Assembly (NCBI GenBank): GCA_963725665.1
Contig: CAVRZA010000007.1
Location: 1-42,647, forward strand
Source of the DNA: an uncultured Actinomycetes bacterium
GTDB lineage: Bacteria; Actinomycetota; Thermoleophilia; UBA2241
Direction: 5' to 3'
Length of the DNA: 42,647 bases
In this document: piece after piece, positions 18,569 through 26,716 of the stretch
How the letters are laid out: every line of letters starts with the position of its first letter
How positions within the stretch are numbered: the stretch's first letter is position 1
The notes under the pieces: model-generated
Told to the model about the DNA's origin: nothing
Database searches by the model: none
What the model saw: the letters and a program-made list of their open reading frames with translations, nothing else
Made by a program: the position numbers and the translations under genes

Positions 18569-18948
18569 TCCCTAGTTGCCAGTTCGTGCGCCTTGAGGTA
18601 GGCGGCGACGGCGATGGGGGGGCAGCGCACGGCACGGGCCATCGGGTCTTCCTCAACGAGGTCGGCACACTCGATGGAGCCGAACTCGGCGCGGAACCAG
18701 TCGACGTAGTGACCCACTGTCATGTGGTCCGCAGGCCGGTCTCCTTGCAGGATCGACAGCGCCAGGACGCCGCCAGTGAGGGCGCCGCAGGTGGTGCCGG
18801 ACCAGAGCCCCCCGCACAACACAGCCACCTTGGCGACGAATTCAGGGTTGTCGTGTCCCACGTCCTCGAGTGCCAGCGCTACAAGAGCAGATGTGCAGCA
18901 TATGCCGCTCAGCATAAGGGCGTTCACGCGGTCCTCGAGATCGTCCAT
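18565..18948 (-). CDS. C-GCAxxG-C-C family putative redox protein (DVU_1555-like)
   Basis: GICCTSA, LCGGL, TCGALTGG, SIECADL and RCPPI Cys pattern. Confidence 0.85.
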   Translation of the reverse strand: MDDLEDRVNALMLSGICCTSALVALALEDVGHDNPEFVAKVAVLCGGLWSGTTCGALTGGVLALSILQGDRPADHMTVGHYVDWFRAEFGSIECADLVEEDPMARAVRCPPIAVAAYLKAHELATRE

Positions 18949-18968
18949 GCCAACTCCCTACGACTCGA

Positions 18969-19814
18969 CTATCTGAGGACTGGACCTTTGCATGAGTCCG
19001 TGCGCCCAAGACCGGTGGTCGTTGGCCGGGCTACGGCCAGGAAGTAGCCGACCTTGTCCCTCCTGACGGTGGCAGCGGACACAGCAGGTTCGGGCAACAA
19101 CAATGCCGCGGCGCATGGACCCGTTCGACAGCCGAGCAGCCTGGCTAGCCTCGCGACCGGAATGCCGGCGAACACCGTCCTGGCCACCAGTTGCACCAGC
19201 TCGGCGGAATGGTCTTGCCAGACCTCTAGCGTGAGGGCGCAGTCACGCAGCAGGCGCTCCCAGGCCTGCGCCGTGTCACCCTGGCCTCCACCGCAGCGAG
19301 CGTAGACGTCTGACACGACGAGGCGGCCGCCCGTGCGCAGCACGCGTGCCGCCTCGCGCAGAGCCCGTTGGCGGTCGTCGACCAGTGACAGCACGCACTC
19401 CATAAACACACCATGGAACGTCGCGTCCCCAAACGGCAACGCCTCTGCGCGACCCTCGCGGAGCTCGATCCCGGGATAGCGCCGACGGGCCTCGGCAAGG
19501 AGCACGGTACTCGGCTCCACACCCACGACGTCGAACCCCTTGGCCTTCAGGAACCCCGCGCTAGCGCCGAGCCCGCAGCCGACATCCAGCAGGCGTGCGC
19601 CGGGTTCGAATCGGCAGAGCCCCAGGGCGCGGCCGGTCAACTGGAGGCCGCCCGGACGCAGTACGCACCCGATGCCCTCCCAGAGCGCCGCGTCCTCGTA
19701 CGACGGGGAGGCCGAAACCATGTTATCGCCGCCCGCACTGAGTTGGTCCGGTACGCCTTCGCGATGGGCGGGCGAAGGGGTCGCCTCGAGGAAGGAGAGT
19801 TCACCGGGGTCCAC
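18969..19814 (-). CDS. Class I SAM-dependent methyltransferase (DVU_1556-like)
   Basis: LRPGGLQLT, LLDVGCGLG, AEALPF, ECVLSL and RVLRTGGRLVVSDVY motifs. Start is uncertain: GTG 19814 with AGGAGG, or ATG 19721. Confidence 0.87.
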   Translation of the reverse strand: MDPGELSFLEATPSPAHREGVPDQLSAGGDNMVSASPSYEDAALWEGIGCVLRPGGLQLTGRALGLCRFEPGARLLDVGCGLGASAGFLKAKGFDVVGVEPSTVLLAEARRRYPGIELREGRAEALPFGDATFHGVFMECVLSLVDDRQRALREAARVLRTGGRLVVSDVYARCGGGQGDTAQAWERLLRDCALTLEVWQDHSAELVQLVARTVFAGIPVARLARLLGCRTGPCAAALLLPEPAVSAATVRRDKVGYFLAVARPTTTGLGRTDSCKGPVLR

Positions 19815-20625
19815 TGGCGATCTCCTCCTGCTCCGCACTGCCGAAAGCGCCGGGCACGTGTCTGTCCGTGGCCTCTCGTGCCCAATAGACCTTGCGGCAG
19901 TGCTTGGACAGCGCCGGCGTTCCGGCTCCCTGCCGCACCGCCGCGACCACTCGCTCGTTCTCGACCGGGACCATCCCTGCCAGCAGGTGCACCGGCAGCG
20001 CGCGATAGGCGTCGGGCAGCATCGGCGTCGTGGGTCCCAGGACCATCACCTTGACCCTCTCAGTCACGCGCTCGAGAAAGAGCTCTAGTGAATCGTTGAG
20101 GATCGTCGTTGCCGTGACGATCAGGACGTCCGGCCAGTGCGCGAGAGCGTTCACGAAAGCAGCCTCGTCCCCCATGCGCTCGTCCCGATCGAGGATGCTC
20201 AGCTCCGCTCCGGCATCCTGCAAGCTGCGCGCCACGGGAGGGAAGTAGCCGACCATGGCGACCCGGGTGCCCTCACGCACCGCGAACCGAGCCATGAAGG
20301 CACCGCCAGGAGCATCGTCTCGCGGAAGCGTGAGCGCCTGAGGCTGGTTGAGGGCATTGACCAGCGCGACACCCATCGTTCGTTCGAGCGTGTCGTCGCT
20401 GCGCAGGTACTCGAGCAGCTCGGTCGCCGGCGCGTCGTCGAAGTCGCGGTACGCGCGCACGTGGGTGCAGCACGCCGTCCGGTCGATCATGGAGTAGCTG
20501 AGGCCCACACCGCCGTCGGCGGTGGCCACCGCCGTGTAGCCGAGCCCGATGGTCAGCTCAGCCACCGACGTCGCCGCCGCCCGTTCGTGTACCGCCGCGT
20601 AGAGGCTGTCGACCAGCTCTCTCAT
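19801..20625 (-). CDS. Second DUF364/DUF4213 family protein
   Basis: IGLGYTAV, GVALVNAL, VAMVGYFPP, TATTILNDSL and VLGPTTPM motifs. The ATG overlaps the upstream stop. Confidence 0.83.
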   Translation of the reverse strand: MRELVDSLYAAVHERAAATSVAELTIGLGYTAVATADGGVGLSYSMIDRTACCTHVRAYRDFDDAPATELLEYLRSDDTLERTMGVALVNALNQPQALTLPRDDAPGGAFMARFAVREGTRVAMVGYFPPVARSLQDAGAELSILDRDERMGDEAAFVNALAHWPDVLIVTATTILNDSLELFLERVTERVKVMVLGPTTPMLPDAYRALPVHLLAGMVPVENERVVAAVRQGAGTPALSKHCRKVYWAREATDRHVPGAFGSAEQEEIASGPR

Positions 20626-23192
20626 TTGTCCTCCAACGCCTGCTCGACCTCGAGCATCCGGCCGGTGGCGAGCTCCTCCGAGATGAGCACGAGCCCGTGC
20701 TCGACGCACGCCGGCAGCTTCACCGGGAAGCCCGCAACCAGATAGGAGAGCGTCACCGAGCGTAGCTCGAGCGCGTGATCCCCCGGAGCGCAGCGCCACA
20801 GCCGCCCCTCGACCTCTTCCAGGGCGTCGGCCGCGGGCCACGGCGGAGGCTTGATCTCGATCCGGTGACTATAGGCGCTGTGGACGACGAAGCGATCGCC
20901 GTCTGGAGAGTACTCCACCCAGTACGTCACGGCGCCGATCGACGTGCTCCCGAGCAGATGCCCGGTCTCAGGCTCCTTGAAGTGCCGACCGGTCGCCTGT
21001 GCGTGAACGATCACCTGATGGACCTCTTCGGGACGGATGTATCGCCGCTCGAGCATGTCCTCGACCTCGGTCGCGAGCACGAGGTCGTCGCGCCAGCCCG
21101 CGCCGGGGGCGGCACCCTCGTGCCAGAGGTCGGCGAGCAGTAGTTGCTTGAGCGCCGCGCGCTGCTCCGACCGCTGCGTCAGCACGGGCCCGCGACGCTC
21201 GGCGCGCCTGTCGTACGCCTCGGCGAAGACGAGGTCCAGGAGGTGCACCGCTCGCTTGCCCCTGGCGGCAAAGCGGTCGCGGCACATGGCGCAGTAGGCG
21301 ACGAAGTCGGCGTCGCCCTCAGCGATGCGGCGCTGGACGACCGCGTCGCCCATCTCCGGATTGGCGTAAAGCATGAGCCCGCCGAACCCGCAGCACTCCG
21401 TGCGTTCGCGCGACATCGCGAGCTCGTCGACCCGGTAGCCGCAGGCGGCGACGAGCTCGCGGACGGCGCGCTGGACGTTGGTCTGATAACGCGCCGTGCA
21501 GGCATCGTGGACTGCCACGCGACGCCCCCCGCCCGCGCCGGCCGCACCGTCGGGCAACCCGGTATCGCGTAGCACCTCCCAGAGCGAGACCGTCTCGAAC
21601 TCGGGCAGATGCGCCTCGAAGACGGTCTCGCAGGTAGGGCAAGCGAGGACGACCCGCGACGCGCCCAGGCCCCTCAGACGCTCGCGAAGGCCGGCAAGGG
21701 TCTCGGCGAAGACGCCAGCCTGGCCGGCCCAGTCGGCCGGAGCACCGCAGCAGAAGAGGACGAGCCCGGTACGCGGCTCGAACCGCTCCAGCAGATAGGC
21801 ATAGGCGCGTTCCACTTGGGCGGGGTCCGAGGCCGCGAGCTGGCAGCCCGGGAAGAACACGGCATCGCTCCTGTCCGTACCGGGGGCGTGGCGCGCCAGC
21901 GCGGACCGCTCGTCCACGGCGAGCCGGAGATCTTGCACGGCGAAGTCGAAGGCGGAGGCCGGCATCCTGCCCTGCCTCACCATCTCCCGCCGTGAGTCTC
22001 GGATCACTTCGGCCATGTCGAGGTCCGTGGGGCAAACCTCGTAGCAGAGGCGGCAGAGGCTACACGAGTCGATCATCTTGTTGGCCGACCGAGAGCCTCT
22101 GCCCATCGTCACAGTGAGGTTGTTGTAGATGCGCCGCGCATACAGCCCGGGGTGCGCGCCGAACGCCTCCAGATACGCACACACCTTGACGCACTCGAGG
22201 CACTCGCACTGCAGACAGCGCTTCGCCTCCGCGACGGCCTCCTCCCGCGTGTAGCCGACCGCGGGGTCGGCCGCGCTCTCAGGTGCCGCACTCTCGACGC
22301 GCGCGAGGTTGACGACCAGACTCGTCGCGAAGCCGCCGCGATCCTCGCGGGACGCCGCCAGGGAGACGCGCTGCAGCTGCCGGTCGATCGAGAGCGCGGC
22401 CCGCCGCCCGTCGGCGATGGAGGTGATGGGCGACCACGGCTCGGAGGGTCGGAGAATGCTGCCGCCGCAATAGACCCCCGGCGCGCTGGTCGCCAGCGTG
22501 ACCGGGTCGACGGCGATCCTCCCCCGGTCGTCGATGTCGAAGCCGAGGGCGGCGCCGGCGTCGGCCTCGGTGGCACCCGCGGCCAGGTACACGGCGTCGA
22601 CCCCGGGCGCCAGTGCGGCGAGCGCGTTCGCCCCGGCGGGGCGCTCGAGCGCCACGGGAGTGAACGGGACGAATTCGGCTCCGGTCTTCGCAACACCCGC
22701 GCAGTCGGCCCTGAGATCGGCTTCAGCGAGCACGTCGCCGCCGAGGCCGCGGGCACGGCCTCCGGCTCCGTCTCCCGCCTCGAAGACGACGACGGAGTAG
22801 CCTTTGCGAGCGAGCTCGTACGCGGCGCTGAGGCCACTGAGGCCGGCGCCGATCACGGCGATCTGACCCGGCTTCCGGCGGGAGACCGCCGTCGCCGGCG
22901 CCGGCTCCTCGCCGTACTCCATCGCCGCGCGTTCGATAGCGCGGATGCGGATCGCTCCACCGGCCTGCTCGCGCACGCAGGCCGTCTGGCAGGGGGCGTC
23001 GCAGCAGCGTGCGATCACCCGCGGAAAGGGCACCGCCTGCGTGAAGATCCGGCGCGCCTCCGCGAAGTCTCCCCGACGCGCCGCCGCGAGGAGGTCTTTG
23101 GCGTCCACGTGCACCGGGCATGCCGCCTTGCAGGCCGGTGGCTGGTTCTGGATGCACTGCTCCTCGAGATGTTGCAGTCGCTGAAGGTCCAT
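20622..23192 (-). CDS. Pyridine nucleotide-disulfide oxidoreductase/dicluster/CCG-domain protein (DVU_1558-like) with a fused DVU_1557-like C-terminal domain
   Basis: CIQNQPPACKAACP, IGAGLSG, RCLQCECLECVKVC, CSLCRLCYEVCP, FFPGCQL, CCG, HDACTAR, CCGFGG and YCAMCR motifs. Ends LSYL...FPVKLPAC...MLEVEQALEDK. Confidence 0.83.
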   Translation of the reverse strand: MDLQRLQHLEEQCIQNQPPACKAACPVHVDAKDLLAAARRGDFAEARRIFTQAVPFPRVIARCCDAPCQTACVREQAGGAIRIRAIERAAMEYGEEPAPATAVSRRKPGQIAVIGAGLSGLSAAYELARKGYSVVVFEAGDGAGGRARGLGGDVLAEADLRADCAGVAKTGAEFVPFTPVALERPAGANALAALAPGVDAVYLAAGATEADAGAALGFDIDDRGRIAVDPVTLATSAPGVYCGGSILRPSEPWSPITSIADGRRAALSIDRQLQRVSLAASREDRGGFATSLVVNLARVESAAPESAADPAVGYTREEAVAEAKRCLQCECLECVKVCAYLEAFGAHPGLYARRIYNNLTVTMGRGSRSANKMIDSCSLCRLCYEVCPTDLDMAEVIRDSRREMVRQGRMPASAFDFAVQDLRLAVDERSALARHAPGTDRSDAVFFPGCQLAASDPAQVERAYAYLLERFEPRTGLVLFCCGAPADWAGQAGVFAETLAGLRERLRGLGASRVVLACPTCETVFEAHLPEFETVSLWEVLRDTGLPDGAAGAGGGRRVAVHDACTARYQTNVQRAVRELVAACGYRVDELAMSRERTECCGFGGLMLYANPEMGDAVVQRRIAEGDADFVAYCAMCRDRFAARGKRAVHLLDLVFAEAYDRRAERRGPVLTQRSEQRAALKQLLLADLWHEGAAPGAGWRDDLVLATEVEDMLERRYIRPEEVHQVIVHAQATGRHFKEPETGHLLGSTSIGAVTYWVEYSPDGDRFVVHSAYSHRIEIKPPPWPAADALEEVEGRLWRCAPGDHALELRSVTLSYLVAGFPVKLPACVEHGLVLISEELATGRMLEVEQALEDK

Positions 23193-23215
23193 GGTGCGTC
23201 CGTCGCGCGAGGCAA

Positions 23216-23289
23216 GCCGGCCGGTGCCGCTACAGAAGGGGCACCGGCCGGCAGTCGCCCCGGCCGCCGCCGGTGGCGGCGGCCGGGGC
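23216..23289. terminator. Two tandem GC-rich hairpins between mop and the accessory genes
   Basis: 13-bp stem GCCGGCCGGTGCC/GGCACCGGCCGGC (23216-23252) and 15-bp stem GCCCCGGCCGCCGCC/GGCGGCGGCCGGGGC (23257-23289). No U-tract, so termination is not established. Confidence 0.5.
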
Positions 23290-23303
23290 ATCGCTGCTGG
23301 CCC

Positions 23304-26043
23304 TTAAAAGGCCTGGATGTCCTCCTTCATCGCGGCGAGGACCTTCTCGGGCAGCGCCGGCAGGCGCCGCACGCGGGCGCCGCAGGCGTTGTCGATGGCG
23401 TTGATGATGGCCGCGTGCGGCGCCGTCAGCGGCGCCTCGCCGCAGCCCGACGCGCCGTACGGGCCGAGCGGCCGCGGCGTCTCGAGGTACACGACCGTGA
23501 GGTCGTCGGTGACGTCCTTCGGGTACGGGATGCCGCAGGCGCGCATCGAGGTGTGCTTCTCGAGGTCGTCGAAGTCCTCGGTGAGCGCGAGGCCGATCCC
23601 CTGCGAGAGGCTGCCCCACATCTGCCCGTCGACATTCAAGCGGCTGTTGATGACGCCCACGTCGGTGCAGATGAGGAGGTGATCGACGTAGGTCTTGCCG
23701 GTCGCCACCTCGACCGACACCTCGGCGAGGAAGACGCTGTACATGTAGTTGGCGATCGGGGCTACCCTGACCGGTCCTGGGATCGACAAGCTCGCCCGTA
23801 GTCTGCGTCCAGCTGCCTTCGTAGCGCAGGTCGAGGCCCTCGGCCACCATCTCGTCGTAGGTGCGATACCCGCCGCCGTCCTTGCTCATCGCCGTGATCA
23901 GCTTCTCGCAGGCGTCCTTGATGGCGTTGCCCACGAGGACCTGCGACCGGCTGCCACCCGCACCGCCACTGTCGGGACACCTTGCCGTGTCGTTCATGTC
24001 GAGGCTGATCTGTTCCATGGTGAGGCCGAGCGGGCGGAGCGCTTCGTGCGCGGTGCCGAGCGTCCCGCCATCCGAGCCCTGGCCGTGATCCTCCCAGGTG
24101 TTGTAGATGCGCACACCGCCGTCGGGACGCAGCTCGGCCGCTGCGTTGGCGACGTCCTGCCCATCGCCGCCGGCGCCGAAGATGCCGAGGGCGATACCGA
24201 CGCCCTTCTTGACCTCCGGCGTCGATCCCTCGGCCGTGCGCTTCTTGGCCTTGTCGTAGTAGGGCTTGACCATGTCGAAGAGCTTCTTGAAGGAGTAGAC
24301 CTCGTACTCCTGGCCCCACGAGAAGGTGGCGCCGGGCTCGGCGAGGTTCTTGTAGCGCAGCTCGAACGGGTCCATGCCCATCTTCTTGGCGAGCTCGTCG
24401 ACGACGCTCTCCCCGGCGAAGAACGCCTGCGGCGACCCCCAGGCACGGAAGGGGGCACCCCAGGAGTGGTTGGTACGCACCAGCTTGCCGTCGCCGCGCA
24501 TGTTCGGGATGTCGTAGCCCCCGCCGCAGAACATGCCCTTCTGCACGAGGTTGTCGCCGAACTCCATGTACGGCCCGTGGTCGCAGATCCAGTGGTTCTC
24601 CATGCCGAGGAACTTGCCGTTCTCGTCGGCCGCGAGCTTGCAGTGGTAGAAGTGCGGCGAGCGCTTGCCTGTGTAGGCGATCGACATCCAGTAGTCGTAC
24701 TTGAGATAGACGGGGCGGCCGGTCGCCATGTGGGCCGCACCGAGGAGCGCCTCCATGGTGGGGCAGAACTTGTAGCCGAACGTGCCACCCGTGGGGTTCT
24801 GGACCATGCGCAGGTTCTCGAGCTCGACGCCGAGACCCTCGTTGATCATCGCCGCGTGGAAGTTCAAGGCGATGCTCTTCGAGTGGATCGTCAGCCGCCC
24901 CTCTTCGTCGGTGTAGGCGAAGCCGCAGTCCGGCTCGAAGTAGAGGTGCGGCTGGCGCTGCAGGTAGTACTTGCCTTCGACCACGTGCGCCGCGTTCTTG
25001 AAGGTCTCCTCTGTGTCCTCGCCCTTGATCAGCTGCTGGGTGAAGAAGTGGTTGGGCGTACCGGGGTAGATCTCGATGGCGTCGTCGGCCATGGCGTCCA
25101 GCGCGTTCATGTAGGCCGGCAGCTCCTCGAGCTCGACCTTGACCTTGGCGACCGCGGCCTTGGCCTGCTCGAGCGTGTCGGCGCAGACGATCGCCAGGGC
25201 GTCGCCGTACTGGTACACCTTCGTGTCGCAGAGGATCGGCCGCTCCCACCCGTCGGCGAGCACGTCGTCGGGGAACATGACAAGGCCGTTGATGCGGTTT
25301 CGGCCCTTGACGTCCTTGTGCGTGACGACCTTGGCGACGCCCGGCATCTTCTCGGCCTCAGCGACGTCGATGGAGAGCACGTTCGCGTGCGATACCTGCG
25401 CGTGGACGACGGCGCAGTGGAGCGTGCCCGGCGGCATCTTGAGCTCGAGGTCGGCTCCGAAGTCGATCGTGCCGGTGACCTTGGCGCGCGCAGAGGGCCG
25501 TGGAAAGCGCGTGTTCCAGATGTGACCGTCCTGCGGCACCTGGTAGTCGAGCTCCTCCGTGGTCATCTCGCCGCGCAGCACCTTGGCGGCGTCGATCACG
25601 GCATCGACGAGTGGCTTGTAGCCGGTGCAGCGACAGACGTTGGCGTGACGTTGCCACCAGTCCCTGACCTGCTCCCGGGTCGGGTCGGGATTCTGATCGA
25701 GGAGCGCTTTGGACGAGACGATGAAGCCGGGCGAGCAGTAGCCGCACTGGGCGCCGCCGTGCACCATCCAGGCAAGCTGCAGGGGATGCAAGTCGTCGGG
25801 CCGGCCGATGCCCTCAATCGTGGTGATCTGCGACTCCGCCGGGACGCGCTTCATCGTCGTGGTGCACGAACGCACCACCTTCCCGTTAAGGATCACCGAG
25901 CAGGACCCGCACTGGCCCTGGCCGCAGGCGACCTTGGTCCCCGTCAGACCGAGCTGCCCGCGCAGCACGTGTGCTAGCTTGGCGGCCGGGTCCGCGATGA
26001 CGGTCGCGGGAACACCGTTGACAACGAGCACTCTCTTCTCCAT
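23304..26043 (-). CDS. mop: Molybdopterin (MCD)-dependent aldehyde oxidoreductase, Desulfovibrio gigas Mop-like; one +1 indel at about 23760
   Basis: GTKVACGQGQCGSC, AQCGYCSPG, CRCTGY, GGTFGYKF, WEDHGQG, GGSRSQ and GASGCGE (catalytic Glu) motifs. Deleting one base from the G run at 23758-23761 joins ORF 23230..26043 to ORF 23304..23789 (GQGSPIANYMY). Confidence 0.92.
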
Positions 26044-26189
26044 GGACGCACCCCTTGGTTGCTGAATCTCTGGCTCATGGCTGGCGGATCAGGCGTCGCG
26101 ACTTGCTTTGCGGCGCGACCCTCCGAGACGATCGCGAAACTCACCTCCGGCCCGGGAATGGGACGGCCGCCGACCGAGGGGTACCGTTG

Positions 26190-26327
26190 TCAGAGAGCCC
26201 CGGGGTCGAAAGACGATGTCGCTTCCCCGAGCGCATTGGGTCCGGGAGTCACGCGCGCCCCGCGCAGTTGCCTACCAACCCGTGAGGAGGGGCTTGCTGG
26301 ATCGCCGGCGACGCAAAGGCGTGGCAT
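26190..26327 (-). CDS. Possible 45-aa leader ORF under the riboswitch SD
   Basis: ATG lies 8 nt after the AAGGAG of the RNA motif (MPRLCVAGDP...FDPGAL). No recognisable homology. Confidence 0.25.
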   Translation of the reverse strand: MPRLCVAGDPASPSSRVGRQLRGARVTPGPNALGEATSSFDPGAL

Positions 26328-26331
26328 GAGA

Positions 26332-26437
26332 TGCTCTCCTTTCCGCACTGGGAGACACGGCGGTTTCCCGCTGTACCCTACCGGCGCAAGCTCCATGGGT
26401 CGCGTGGACCTTTAGGACTCAAGCGCTCGGAGAAGCA
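26332..26437 (-). ncRNA. Moco RNA motif, P3-less (Tuco-type) riboswitch candidate, copy 1, upstream of mop
   Basis: Minus strand reads UGCUUCUCCGAGCGC...CCUAAAGGUC-CACGC-GACCCAUGG...GCGC CGGUAGGGUACAGCGG-GAAA-CCGCCGUGUCUCCCAGUGCGGAAAGGAGAGCA. It shows the CUCCGAGC / CCUAA / GNRA P4 / UCCC..GGAAAGGAG landmarks of Rfam RF01055. A -10 TATACT sits at 26443-26448. Confidence 0.88.
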
Positions 26438-26716
26438 GACAGAGTATATCGGTTCGGTGCGCATTCGGAATAGACGAAGTGATGAATGCGGGCGCCGCTG
26501 GCTCGACAAGCGGTAGTGGCGATCCTCACGTCCTGCGCGGTCGAGGCGTGGCAACGTAGGGGCCAATCGCGACAAAGCTGATGCTGCCGAAGAGAGCGCC
26601 GGTCGAGGCAACCGTGCGAGTTGACACGATAGCCTCCGCCGCGCCACAGTATCCTGACGGTGACGCCAATGTCGCCGATCACAGCCGTTGAATCTCGCAG
26701 CGAGGACCTACCGGCA

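Noticed and set aside
161-25977. Many long antisense or alternate-frame ORFs (e.g. 9932..11779, 13143..14666, 22152..23801, 23749..25977)
   Set aside because: They shadow well-supported genes and have no family motifs, as expected in high-GC DNA.
26621-26655. TTGACA upstream of fdhF as a -35 element
   Set aside because: The best -10 (TATCCT) is 23 nt away, too far to call a promoter with confidence.
26669-26682. ATGTCGCCGATCAC also present on the minus strand near 34218-34231
   Set aside because: A single 14-mer match is expected by chance in 42 kb of GC-rich DNA, and its orientation relative to the RNA motifs differs.
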